Shown here: piece by piece, positions 1 through 11,835 of the stretch
Numbering within the stretch: position 1 is the stretch's first letter
Layout of the letters: every line of letters starts with the position of its first letter
NCBI RefSeq assembly: GCF_963921235.1
Contig: NC_086118.1
Span: 20,276,001 to 20,340,000 of the forward strand
Direction: 5' to 3'
DNA: 64,000 nucleotides
From: Mobula hypostoma
Taxonomy: Eukaryota
The notes under the pieces: generated by a model
The model's input: the letters and a program-made list of their open reading frames with translations, nothing else
Databases searched by the model: none
Told to the model about the DNA's origin: nothing
Position numbers and translations under genes: made by a program

Positions 1-1063
1 AATCTACAGAGGATATGTATATATCATTTCCACAGACATTCCAGTGAGCCAATCTGGTTATCCTCATCAATATTTTTCTGCCAATAATTTCAATATGTCG
101 AACATTAATGAGTTTGATTCCATGCTTCCGGGGATAGTTTGTACTTTAATTTTGCTCCTAAAATCTGCAAATTGTCCATGCTAAAATGTTTAATGTGGTG
201 CAGTAAAGCAGCCTCTTGAAGCATTGACTTTCAAGCACTTGAATCGGAAATAGTGCTCGAGACTATATCGCTTTTCTTTGAGAACTTGTCTCAAAAATAT
301 CACCTTGTGTGGTGAGTAAAATATTATTCACACAAATAAATTTAAGTGATGCTCTTAGCAGATGTTGCTTCAGTTTACGCTGAAAAGAGTGAGGGAAAGA
401 TCAAAACAGAGCAGGAGATCATAGAGTGTATCGTAGTGGCCTAAATTCTCACAAAGGTAGACCTGGAATCTGTCTAGTTGGAAAGCACTCATTAGCAAAG
501 TTTGTGAGAGAACAAAGTTTAGAAGACCTAATACCAGCCCAGCTGCAGAAATAGCTATGATTCTAGTCAAACATTTCCAGTGAAACATGATAGTGGCACC
601 TACTAAATAAAATTGCTCAGATAGTTCTGTCTGTGAAAAGCAGGACAAATCTAATTTGACTAGTTACCATGCCACCAGTTCACTCTGAATCAGTCACAGA
701 AGAATGAGTGATATTATCAGTGGTATAAAGTGGAACTTACCAGTAACCTATTCACTGATAATCAGGTCAGATTTTTCGGATACCATGAGGACAGAGATCT
801 CATCATAGACTTAGTGCAAATGGGGGGAGAAGAAGACCTGAGCTCCAAGGTGGAGGTGAGACTGAACACTCCACACATCAAGGCTGTCAGCATTTGACTG
901 ACACCACAGGGCCCTGTTAAAACTGAAGTCAATAAGGGAAAATGTTTCTTGCGCTTGAGTTCTATCTTTCACAAAGAATTAAGGGTATGGTTACTGAAGT
1001 CAGTCATCCTACCCAGGAATGTGACCTAACCCCACCCATCCACAGTTGCTTCATTATTGACCT

Positions 1064-1848
1064 TCAGAATCAGAATCAGGTTTAATATCAATGGCATATG
1101 CCATAAAATATGTTGTTTTGCAGCAGTAGTACATTGCAATGCATAATTCTAAAATACTATAAATGATAATAGATACATAAAATTAAATAAAATCAGTAGT
1201 GCAAAAAATAGTGAGGTAGTGTACATAGTTTTATTGTCCATTCAGAAATCTGATAGCCTTGGGGAAGAAGCTGTTCTTAAAACGTTGAGTGTGTGTCTTC
1301 AAAATTCTGTACCTCCCCCTTGATGGTAGCAATGAGAAGAGGGCATGTCTTGGGTGATGGGGGTCCTTAATGAGAGATGCCACCTTTTTGAGACATTGTC
1401 TTTTGAAGCTGTCCTTGATGCTGGGGCCCATGATAGAGCTGGCTGAGTTTGCAACTTGCTGCAACTTTTTCTGATCCAGACCAGTGGCCTGTCCTTACCA
1501 GATAGTGGTGCAACCAACTAGGATGCTCTGTAGAAATCTGCGACTGTCTCTGGGGACATACTAATTCTCCGCAAACTTCTAATAAAATATAGTCACTATC
1601 ATGCTTTCTTCATAATTGCATCAATATGTTGGGCCCGGGATAGATCTTCAGAGTTGTTGACACCCAGTAACCTGCAACTGCTCAACCTTTCCACTGCTGA
1701 TCCCTCCCACTGGTGTGTTTTCCCTCAACTCACCCTGCCTGAAGTCCACAATCAACTCCTTGGTCTTACTGGCTTTGAGTGCACACAACCAGCTGATCTG
1801 TTTCACTCCCGTGTGCCGCCTGATCAGCATCTGAAATTCTGGCATCAA
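1064..1848 (-). mobile_element. Rex1/Babar-type LINE, 5'-truncated decayed 3' fragment
   Basis: Minus-strand remnants [10 protein letters not shown] and CLKKVASLIKDPHHPRHALFSLLPSRGRYRILKTHTQRFKNSFFPKAIRFLN (ORF 1231-1464); (GATTCT)n tail seen as cagaatcagaatcag at ~1065-1079. Confidence 0.8.
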
Positions 1849-1932
1849 TCATTGTGTCCCTTCATAAGTGGTGATGTTCAGGGATGATGACGTTGTCAAA
1901 CTCCACAGATAAGTCCTTGGAAAGAAAAGCAG

Positions 1933-2219
1933 GGCCGGCTGGTGGCGCAATGACATCAGCGCCGGACTCTGGAACGGAGGTTCCCGAGTTCAAACCCAGC
2001 CGGGTCCACTCCCGAGTACGCTTTCCATCCGTGCTGGGTTGAGTGTCTAGATCGCAACTTGACCTCGTAAGATAAAGGGAAAAATGTCTGTGTCGGGAGT
2101 GGCGCACCACACAGTCTCTCTCCCTCGCTCTGTGCCTTGTAAAGGCATGAAAAAGACATTGTCCCGCCAACATCGCACACGCACAGACGCACACACGTGT
2201 GCACACGCCAAAAAAAAAA
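1933..2219 (+). mobile_element. tRNA-derived SINE
   Basis: Pol III A box TGGCGCAATG and B box GAGTTCAAACCC; A-rich tail; imperfect 14-bp TSD ggaaagaaaagcag (1919-1932) / ggaaaaagaagcag (2220-2233); head shared with the copy at 26520. Confidence 0.85.
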
Positions 2220-2417
2220 GGAAAAAGAAGCAGTCCAGGCCTGTGTTAGTGACTGGTAAGTAGTACTTCTGACACCTATAAAGCATAAGTCAAGACTATG
2301 ATGAGCTTGGAACTAGTAGGTGTGTTTTTCTCAAAATTAAATATTTTATTTAGTAAAAATCCAGTGAATACAGGATTTACAGTCAACACCATCTGACAAG
2401 TACATTGCTTGCCCTGA

Positions 2418-3908
2418 ATCGTAACAACAACCTTGCACTTAACGTTAGCTAAAGCAATGAACTGATTGTGGACTTTGAGAAGAGGAAGTCATGCAATCTA
2501 GAATAAGTCCTCATTGAAGAATCTGCAGTGGAAAGAGTAAACAGCCTCAAATTTCTGGACCCGGCATATAAATGCAACCAAGAAGAAGGTGTGCCAACAT
2601 CTCTACTTCGTTAGAAACTTAAGAAGATTTGGCATGTCATCAAAGTCTCTGACAAACTTCTACAGATGTACAATGGAAAGCCTTCTGGCTGTTTTTGTTA
2701 TTGCCTGGTATGGAAACTGCAATGCATAGGGATGCAAGAGACTACAGTGAATGCAAAAGGCTCAGAAAGTTTAATGATAAGTACAACTCTCCCCACCATT
2801 GAGGATATCTAGTAGACGTGATGTCTCAGGAAGGCGAAATCAATCATGAAAGATCTCCACCATCCAGGCCATGCCCTCTGCTTATTGCTGCCATCAGGTT
2901 CGAGGAATAGGTGACAGAAGATGTACATCTCAAAGTTTAGCAGCAGCTTCGCTCCCACTGCCATCAGTTTGTTGAAATAACTTGAAAAACCTTATTTCTA
3001 CCTCGGACTATATTTCCCTCAAGTTGCACTGACGTTGTTATGTTATTTTTTTATTTACTATGTCATGCAATTAGATTAGATTAGATTATGAGGACACTCA
3101 GTACTCATTTATTGTCATTTAGAAATGCATGCATTAAGAAATGATACAATGTTCCTCCAGAGTGCTATCACAAAAAAAGACAAACCAAAGACTAACACTG
3201 ACAAGACCAAATAATTATAACATATAGTTACAGCAGTGCAAAGCAATACTATAATTTGATAAAGAGCAGACCGTGGGAACAGTAAAAAAAAGTCTCAAAG
3301 TTCCGATTGACTCCCGATAGTCCCTGATAGCAGGCGGCAGAAGGGAGAAACTCTCTCTGCCATAAACCTCCAGGCACCGACAACTGTTGATGCATTGGAA
3401 GCACCCGACCACAGCTGACTCTGAGTCCGTCCAAAAACTTCAAGCCTCCGACCAGCCTTTCGACACCGAGCACCGAGCACCATCTCTGCCGAGCACTTCG
3501 ACCCCGTCCCGGCCGCCGAGCAACAAGCAAAGCCAAGGATTTGGGGCCTTCCCCTCCGGAGATTCGGGATCACACAGTAACAGCGGCAGCGAAAAAGGCA
3601 TTTCAGAATTTTCTCCAGATGTTCCTCCGTTCTCTCACGGCTGTCTCCATCAAATCAGGATTGTGCACGGCACCCTACTTGACAGATTACAGATATCATT
3701 CAGCGGAGTGGCAGCGCAAGCTGCGTCGCGCCGCCATCTTCTCCTCCTTTATGCATAAAGGAGGAGAGATTTATGCATAAATTTATGCTTAATTTATGTT
3801 AATGTAAGCCTATGCAAATAATGTTTGTCGTGCTGCTGAAAAACTATTTTTTTACGGCATTTATTCCCTGGATATGTATACCCATGACAACAAACTTGAA
3901 TTTGAACC
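2418..3908 (+). mobile_element. Old Rex1/Babar-type LINE 3' fragment, interrupted by the element at 3071-3748
   Basis: Decayed NNLALNV..ELIVDF, LYFVRNLRRFGMS..LTNFYRCTMES and IMKDLHHPGHAL motifs; (cttgaa)-like tail near 3895-3906. Confidence 0.7.
3071..3748 (-). mobile_element. Non-autonomous LINE-derived retroelement (~680 bp)
   Basis: Minus-strand 5' end GGAGGAGAAGATGGCGGC; 3' (AATCT)n tail; homologous over its whole length to 39584-40266; no intact ORF. Confidence 0.75.
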
Positions 3909-5839
3909 CTTTGCAGTTAATACAGAAGAAATGAACTAAAACATCTAATGAATTATAAACAATTACATTGTAGCCCTCTCTAGGGCACACTTCACTAAAA
4001 AAAAAACTTCATTACACTGTAGTTAGTGGTCTTCCAGCTACAGGTGATCTATGTTTTGGTATATATCCCAAGCTGGAACTTGCAGAAAAGGGGAAGAGAG
4101 TGGGTACATCAGTTATGATCAAATGGAGGAGTAGACTCGAAGGGCAAAGTCTGGTCCTATGTCTTTTGGTCCTCCGTTATAATGAAATAAAATAGATAAG
4201 CAGGGTATGGCATATTAGATATAACGTCGTCAGTTGAACTTTAGACCAAATGGAAGCAAATGCACACAAAATTTGCAAGAAAATGATTGTCAATATCAAG
4301 ATGAGTGGAGAGAAACTTCAGGTTTTCACTGTGAACTTTTTAATATTCTTGCATTGCCAAAACAAAAATAAAATGATAGTCAAATTATACTTATCACTAC
4401 CACAGATTAGAAATGTAAATTTCCCAACAGTGGTCAAAATGAATGATTGGGAAAGCTTCGTCACAGTTACATAAAGTCTGATATGAGTTAATTTCCACAG
4501 AGATTCTCAATATTTAATGTAAATTTGTATTATTGCATTCAAATGTGTAACTATTTCAGGCATATGCTGACATTCTTGATCCAAAACCACACACCCTACC
4601 GTGAATATTCCTTTTTGGTTTTCTTTTCTCAGCCACTTTATTTATCATACTTTACCACTGGTTGTATCTCTTCAAACAATAAGTAAGCAAAGAAAAAACT
4701 CAGAAGCAAATCAGCCACTCCTCTAAAATTTCCATTCCACCCTACAGTATCAGGATAGCTGAATGCCTTAATCTGGAAAAACCAGTTTGAAAATATTCTC
4801 CAAATGTTTACTAAAGACACGACTAGCAGTAACAAGTGTGGCTGTTAGCAACAAATTGATCCTCTGAGTTAAAGAGGATTTTTTTTTTTGCTCACTTGAT
4901 TTTATTTTGCTTTGAAACATAGCTCAAAAAGACAAACAGAAAGCTTTTTTTTACTATGGATTTATAGTTGTTTACACATGTATTAGGTCTATTTGTCACA
5001 ATTCTGTGCACACATTACACCACCTTGTAAGGCTACTTCAACACCAAGGAAATACGTAACAAGAAATAAGAGTGAAAACTTTTTTGTACTGATCTTTGGT
5101 TCACTTGGAGGAGCAGACAATTGGAGATTTCAAGAACAATTAGTGAGCCCTGTGTATTTAAATCTTGCTGGTTCCTTTCACGTGAATCCTATACTTGTTT
5201 ATTTCTGGTTTTTCAAAGGCGTATACAAAATGCAGCTAGATACGGCAGGCAACAGGCCCCATCTAACTCATTCTGAGCTGTGTTTGCTAATTAATTGTAT
5301 TAAAGATCAAAAAGTAGATGGATCTAGAAAAAATATCCCAGAAAAATTGGCTGTCCATTAGTCTTGAGTGAAACACACATCTTTTTATATTTATTTAAAA
5401 TTAGAAAGATTATAATTAAAAACAATTAAATTAACTATCTTATTTTATTCATACCTATTTGTTTTTATCCAATCTGCATTTTCTTAAAGCTCTAAAAAGG
5501 AGAATTTCATTCAACTTCAAAACATGTTTTCAGCAAACCTTTCCGGACACATAATGAGCATTGTAAAGCACTGAACAAATAGGCATAAGAGAACAGATGC
5601 AGTGAAATACAATGTTTATGATGGGAGGTAGAATTCCAGGAAACAGATGATATTTCGGGGAAGTGCAAACCATAAAAAATGCTTGAGTAATCAAGACTGA
5701 ATCTGCAGATGAATTGAAAAGTATTGGGTAAATTTTATGGTAAATGTGCATATAACTTTCAAACCTGTGCAGTTGAGATGGGGACATGCTGGTGAAATGG
5801 AGGAGCAGAGAGAAGGACATTGATGATGATCAGGTTGTA

Positions 5840-6102
5840 AAGGAACTCAACAGTGGTGAGAGATGAGTTGGGGGAATTTTTAAAAGGGATCTGAGTAGCA
5901 ACTTTGTCCACACAGAGGGTGATAGGTATACAGAACAAGCTGGAGAGGTGAGTAAAGTTACAATGCTTAAAAGACATAAATAGAAAAGGTTTAGAAGGAT
6001 AGGGGCTAAATGCAGATAAATGGGACTATCAGATGGACATCTTGGTCAGCATGAATGAGTTGAACTGAAGAGGCTTTTTCTGTGGTGCATATCTCTATGA
6101 CT
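5840..6102 (+). mobile_element. CR1 LINE 3'-end fragment (old)
   Basis: Resembles the 3' ends of other CR1 copies in the window (cacacagagggtg...ggtttagaaggatagggg...ctctatgact). Confidence 0.6.
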
Positions 6103-6199
6103 TAGAAGACAACAGTGTATGACCAAAGTTTCTTTCAAATCACTGCCAACTAAACCAACTAGGATGGGAAGTGCAACAATATATGGAATGTGTAAACAC

Positions 6200-6640
6200 C
6201 CTTCCAAGTGACACACCATTTTGACTTGGAAGCAAAGTGTTGAAATAGGGTGCTAATTTACAAATTTGTGCATAATGTAAAATGAAAAGAAAAACTCCAA
6301 AACCTGTCAACAGTTTACTAAAAATTAAAAACCAAATTTGTGAGGCTAAAAAAGTATTCATCCCCTTTGTAATTACTATGTTAACTTCCCTCGGGTGCAA
6401 TACTGTATATTTCCTTACCAACTCACCCAACTTATTGATTGAGAGAACTGTAGGATCACCCATTTTCAATGAATTCGTAAGAATACATACCCCCTCTCTC
6501 TGTAAGGTCCAACGGTATGGTAGATTTTCAATAGACCAAACAAGAATGAAAACAAAAGAGCATTCAAGGTAAGTCAGGGAAATGATAATAGAGAAGCACA
6601 AATCTGGGGAAAGGTACAAGACCATCTCAAAGGCACTGAA
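6200..6640 (+). mobile_element. Tc1/mariner transposon remnant (left end and transposase N-terminus)
   Basis: ATG at 6546 gives MKTKEHSR*VREMIIEKHKSGERYKTISKAL, a Tc1 paired-like HTH start; Tc1-type terminal motif aaaaagtattcatccccttt at ~6349-6368. Confidence 0.75.
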
Positions 6641-6895
6641 ATGTATTGATTTGTGGCAGCAATGCAGTGCAAAGCCATAAACATTTATATTTTTTTTTAA
6701 AAATAAACATTGCAATAAAAATGAATAATGGGGTAATGTTCATGAGTTCATGGACTGTTCAGAAACCTGTTGTTGGAGGGGAAGATGCTGTTTCTAAATT
6801 GGTGTGTGTGTGTGTGTGTGTGTGTCCAGGCTCCTGTACTTCCTCCCTGACTATAGTAATGAGAAGAGGGCATTGTTTTCAGGAAAATATACGCT
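6641..6895 (-). mobile_element. Rex1/Babar-type LINE 3' fragment containing a (GT)n microsatellite
   Basis: QFRNSIFPSNNRFLN terminal motif; (GT)n at ~6802-6824. Confidence 0.6.
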
Positions 6896-7366
6896 GAGGG
6901 AGGAAGGTGCAGAACAAGTCTGTAAAAAAGGTGGGTTGAAATGGATTTATGGGCAGTGATCAGCACCTTACAATGAAGAACTCCAGATGAAAGGATTCAG
7001 CCCAAAATACTAGCTGTCCATTTCCCTCTGCAGATTATGTCTGACCCACTGCGTTCCTCCTTCATAGCGTTTGCTGCTCCATGTTCCAAATCCTACACTC
7101 TCTTGTGTCGGTATGTTAAGCATGCTGATCTGTTTAATATGTCAATGTGAGATATGCCCAGTAGACCAGGCTACAAGAATAGAATAGGAAAGAGTGAGCC
7201 AACATGATGTGAAAACGGAATACGGGAAAAGCCGGAATGTGATCTGATGTATGACATGGAATATTATGAAATTGAGTGAAAGAAGTGCAACAGTTGTTCA
7301 AAGGGTGAAAACAAGTGAACATAGCAGCCTGGATTCATCAGGAATGGTGAATCAGTGCCAATGTGT

Positions 7367-8340
7367 TAGGTTCAAAGTAACTTTATTATCTAAATACATA
7401 TATAGTATGTTACCACGTACTACCTTGAGATTCAATTTCTTGAAGGCACTTCCGGAGGGAAAAACTATGGAATTTACAAAAAATATACATAAACAGGCAA
7501 AGACTTACAAACTATCAGTGTGCAAAAGAAGACAGACTGCAAATAATAATAATACTGAGAACATTACATGTAAAGAACCCCTGGAAGTGAGTGTCAAGAT
7601 CATAGGATCAGTTCAGAGTGGTGGTGATTGAAGTTATCCCTGCCAGTTCAGGAGCCTGATGGTTGTATGGTAATAGCTGTTCCTGATCTTGGTGGTGTGG
7701 GACCAGAAAAATTGTACCTCCAGCGCAATGGTAGAAGTGAGGAAAGACCATGGCCTGGATGGTGGGGTCTTTGATGATGGATTCCGCTTTATTGCGGCAG
7801 TACTCCATGTAAATCAGAATCAGATTTAACGTCACTGGCATATGTCGTGAAATTTGTTGTCTTTCCGTCAGCAGTGCAATACAATACATAATAATAGAGA
7901 AAATACGTGAATTACAGTAAGGATATACATTAAATAGTTAAATCAAGTAAGTAGTGCAAAAATACAAGTAAAAAATGAGGTGAGGCAGTTTTTATGGGTT
8001 CAGTGCCCATTCAGACATTGAATGGCAGAGGGGAAGATGCTGTTCCTGAATCGTTGAGTATGTGACTTCAGGCTCCTGACCCCCTTCCTGATGGTAGCAA
8101 TGAGAACAGGGTATGCGTGATGGGGGTCCTTAAAGACAGATGCTGGCTTTTTGAGGTATCACTTCTTGAAGACGTCCTGGATAATTCAGAGGCTAATGCC
8201 CGTGATGGAACTGACTGTGTTCACAATGTTCCACAGCTTCTTTCAATCCTATGCAGCAGACGCCCATAACCAGACGGTGATGCGGCCAGTTAGAATGCTC
8301 CCCATGGTACATCTGTAGAAATTTGCGAGTGTATTCAACG
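7367..8340 (-). mobile_element. Two adjacent Rex1/Babar-type LINE 3' fragments
   Basis: CRNKAESIIKDP motif (ORF 7608-7889); second tail aatcagaatcag at ~7812-7823 followed by a typical Rex 3' UTR and RT C-terminal remnants. Confidence 0.65.
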
Positions 8341-8469
8341 GTGGGGAGGGCTTTTCCTTTGATGGACTGGGTTGTGCTTTCATATTAGCCCGTGATGCAA
8401 CCAGACTGTGCAACTACACGAGTTTGGCAAAGCTTTTAGTGACATGCTGACATGTTTGGTGACATGGTG

Positions 8470-8790
8470 TTTCAGGGAGGAAGATTAGCATGGATCTGAA
8501 AGGGAAAGAAAGGTTAAGTTGCAAGTGACATCAAAATCAAATGAAAATTGTGGGGAGAAGGCAACTATTCACAAAAATTGTGTTTAGATTGGTGAGACTG
8601 TTGAAGAGGTGGATGTGGGTTCAATTTCAGAATTTAAGAGAAATTAGGATAAATTCCTTGATGGGACAGGTATGGAGGACTTTGGTCAAGGTGCAGGTCG
8701 ATGGAACCATGCAGATTAATCATTTAGCATGGATTAGATGGGTTGAAGGGCCTGTTTCTGTGCTGTAGTACTCTATGATTCTCTGACTCT
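8470..8790 (+). mobile_element. CR1 LINE 3'-end fragment (old)
   Basis: CR1-like 3' UTR ending gaagggcctgtttctgtgctgtagtactctatgattctctgactct. Confidence 0.6.
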
Positions 8791-9015
8791 ACATACTAGA
8801 AAAGACAGAGAACAGATTGTGACTTGGGGATAGGGGCCTTGGTGGCAGCAGTGTAGTGTAGGACAGCAATGAAAGGAATAAGCTGGCAAGAGCCGCTGGA
8901 AACACATTTGTTTCACACAACATGTGAGAAAGTGATAGATGAAACCGCCTCACCCACCACCCCACTTCACCTTTCACCTTCTAGCCAGTTCTCCTTTCCC
9001 CACCCTCACATTTTT

Positions 9016-9546
9016 ACAATTGGAGTACTGTGTCCAGTTTTGGTCACCTCACTATAGAAAGGATATGGGAGCATTGGAAAGGGTACAGAGGAGATTTACC
9101 AGGATGCTGCCTGGTTTAGAGAATACGCATTACGATCAGAGATTAAGGGAGCTAGGGGTTTACTCTTTGGAGAGAAGGAGGATGAGAGGAGACATGATAG
9201 ATGTATACAAGATATTAAGAGGAATAGATAGAGTGGACAGCCAGCGCCTCTTCCCCAGGGCACCACTGCTCAATACAAGAGGACATGGCTTTAAGGTAAG
9301 GGTGGGAAGTTCAAGGGGGATATTAGAGGAAGGTTTTTAACTCAGAGAGTGGTTGGTGTATGAATACACTGCCTGAGTCAGCGGTGGAGGCAGTTACACT
9401 AGTGAAATTTAAGAGACTACTAGACAGGCATATGAGGGAATTTAGGGTGGGGGGTTATATGGAAGGCAGGGTTTAAGGGTCAGCAGAATATTGTGGGCTG
9501 AAGGACCAGTACTGTGCTGTACTATTCTATGTTCTATGTTCTATTC
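9016..9546 (+). mobile_element. CR1 LINE 3' fragment (same young family as 21546-25590)
   Basis: LEYCVQFWSPHYRKDMGALERVQRRFTRMLPGL...LERRRMRGDMI; (GTTCTAT)n tail. Confidence 0.9.
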
Positions 9547-9559
9547 TGCAGTTTTCCAT

Positions 9560-10290
9560 CTTCCTTTCCAGTCCTGAAGAAGGGTCTCAGTCTGAAACGT
9601 GGACTGTTAATTTCCATGGATGCAGCCTGACCTGCTGAGTTCCTCTAGCATTTTGTGTGTTTTGCTTTGGATTTCTAGCATCTGCAGAACTTGTTCTGAC
9701 ATTATTCTCAGTCAGCATCAGAACATGGTGTCCAGTTAGAGGCAAGGCACAGTTCACAGACTAATTTACCTGAAGAAGGGTCTCAGCCTCATAACGTGGA
9801 CTGTTTATTCATTTTCATAGATGCTGCCTGGCCTGCTGAGTTCCTCCAGCATCTTGTGCGTGTTAGTTGGCAATGTGTTTGGAAAAGAAAGCTGTGAGTG
9901 CTTTCTTTCCAGACGGTCCAGGGGGCAGTGCTGCAGGGAATATCAAAGAGGGTGAGAAGGCCGGAGAGATTCATCTCTCTATAGTCCACTGGATGATGAA
10001 AATGAGGTACTAGGCTCTCTCTTACCGCTCCCTCTCTGAGGTTTCTGCTGTTTCCCTGTTCTTCCCCCACCTCTCTCCCAGAATGAATCCACAGCTATTT
10101 GTATTCACCTAACGCCTGGCAGTTCTTGCTCCACCCCTTCCTTTCACCTTTTTACACTTGCAATCTCCCTTGTCATTCAGTCCAGCTGAGGGGTCTCGAC
10201 CCGCCTGAATCGTCGTCTGTCCACTTCCCTCCACAGATGCTGCCCAACCAACCCGAGTTCTTCCAGCAACGTGTTTGTTGCTCCAAAAGT
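9560..10290 (+). mobile_element. Cluster of decayed Penelope-like pseudo-LTR remnants (three copies)
   Basis: Repeated cctgaNgaagggtctc..gaaacgt..gact..gatgctgcctg..ctgctgagttcctccagca motif at ~9570, ~9768 and ~10180, matching the PLE terminus at 39061-39163. Confidence 0.65.
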
Positions 10291-10370
10291 TTGAATACTT
10301 CTCCTCGTCGCTGGTATGTAACCGGTTCATTTCCCCACCCCTTTGCCCTTTAGACTATGTTTAATTGGTG

Positions 10371-10378
10371 TATAAATA
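10371..10378 (+). promoter_or_regulatory. TATA box of the TMEM238L-like gene
   Basis: TATAAATA 66 nt upstream of the ATG, at the start of a CpG-rich stretch. Confidence 0.6.
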
Positions 10379-10436
10379 GACACGCACCTGTCTGCTCACT
10401 GAGAGATCCAGCTCCGGCGTGCGTCGCCAAACACCA

Positions 10437-10703
10437 ATGCAGGTACCTGTCAAGTTCGCCGGTCGCTGCGGGCTGCTCTTTTTGCTCGGTGTCGTCTTTG
10501 ACGTTGTGGGAGTAATTTTGCTGTTGGTCGGCATCTTTGCCTCGTTGCAATATTTCGACTTCTTTATCTACACGGGGGCCATCGTAGTCGCCCTCAGTCT
10601 GGTATGGTGGACGTTCTGGTACACGGTCAACATCGAGGTGTCGGACAAGGAGATCCACGGGGTCCGTGCTGTCGGAGAGAGTTTGCAACGAAACGTGGTG
10701 TAG
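10437..10703 (+). CDS. TMEM238L: TMEM238-family two-TM microprotein, 88 aa, single coding exon (most like TMEM238L/FORCP)
   Basis: MQVPVKFAGRCGLLFLLGVVFDVVGVILLLVGIFASLQYFDFFIYTGAIVVALSLVWWTFWYTVNIEVS: family motifs GRC, D..G..LLL.GI.A.L, DFFIYTGA and WY..NIEVS; two hydrophobic helices; intact ORF in a CpG-rich island with an upstream TATA. Paralog assignment is from memory. Confidence 0.85.
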   Translation: MQVPVKFAGRCGLLFLLGVVFDVVGVILLLVGIFASLQYFDFFIYTGAIVVALSLVWWTFWYTVNIEVSDKEIHGVRAVGESLQRNVV

Positions 10704-11829
10704 AGACGAGGTGGTGGAGCACTCCGAGACTCAAATAATTCCGCAAAATTATGTTGGATTATATTTATATGTAAAAGGAAACAGGACGCGGGAAAACTCT
10801 GAAAGCCAGTCTGCCCTGGCTGATTTGGAATACAGACAAATTGAAAAACGAATGTTTATTTCACTCGTCCCCAGCTCAGTTTCACCTTTCCCATTGTAGA
10901 GATGGTGCACTCCCTTTTGGGGTTTCACCAGAAGCTGGAAGGTGGAAAAGGGGACAGTGTGGTTGACTTAATTCCCAGAACTGACCTCTGCAGGTTTAAT
11001 GGCTTGAAAGCACGGGGAAAAAAGTCCGACAGGATGCCAGAGACAGAAAAGAAAATCGCAAGACTGAAATTGCACTTTCTGGAGAGTTGGAGCGGACGGG
11101 ACTCTTGGAGGCGCCTGCAACACTCCGACTAACTGATCGACCACCAGTCCAGCCCAACCGTTGCATAGCGCTGGGAACCGACTGGCTGCACACGGCGAGA
11201 AGAGACCGGACTCTACGTGTAACTGAGGGCAGCCATACGCGTTTAAAGTGCGAAACGTGTCAAACGTGGCAAATGAAGTTTAAAATGTTTACTCAGAGTA
11301 TTTAACTTTAATTAGCATATGTATTGTTTTATGTGTACTCTCTTAATTTAACTCGAGTAAAAATAACTTAAATTTCCTAACGATACGGTGGTATCGCTAA
11401 TATTATCGATTTAACATATTCGTTTTACTGCTATGCTGTACCAGGTTACTTTCACCTGTAAATCAATCTTACATCGTGCATCACTGGGAAGTTTGCACGA
11501 CGCGTTCGTGTTTTGTTTAAATGAAGCGGCTGGTATTTGCACTTTCATTAAATATGCCGTCGTGTTTTCATTTGGTCTGTAGTTACAAAACGCGTTGGCT
11601 TTATGTTCAGCGTTGTTATTTTAAAGATCCTCTCAATTTGACTGTCCGTTCAGCGGATAGTAATCGCACTATTGTTTACCCCCATTGTTCTCACCCCCAG
11701 CCAGAATTGCGACTAAGACCGGCATTTTGTACACCGCAGTTTACCGGTATTACTGTACAGGGATACAAATAAGTAAATAGAGTTTTTATTTAAAATAACT
11801 AAACGTGTGAAGTAGCGTCGAAATGGAAT

Positions 11830-11835
11830 AATAAA
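11830..11835 (+). terminator. Candidate poly(A) signal of the TMEM238L-like gene
   Basis: AATAAA about 1.1 kb after the stop codon, following an AT-rich 3' UTR-like stretch. Confidence 0.4.

Noticed and set aside
1..1000. ORF 370-648 and splice-like motifs as host coding exons
   Set aside because: No recognisable protein in the frames I translated, and no consistent exon chain.
3387..3780. ORFs in 3071-3748 and 39584-40266 as genes
   Set aside because: They lie within a repeat, and frames and stops are not conserved between the two copies.
6140..6715. 191-aa minus-strand ORF
   Set aside because: Antisense to a Tc1 remnant, with no domain-like sequence.
10350..10688. 112-aa ORF antisense to the TMEM238L-like CDS
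   Set aside because: Shadow ORF of a GC-rich coding sequence.
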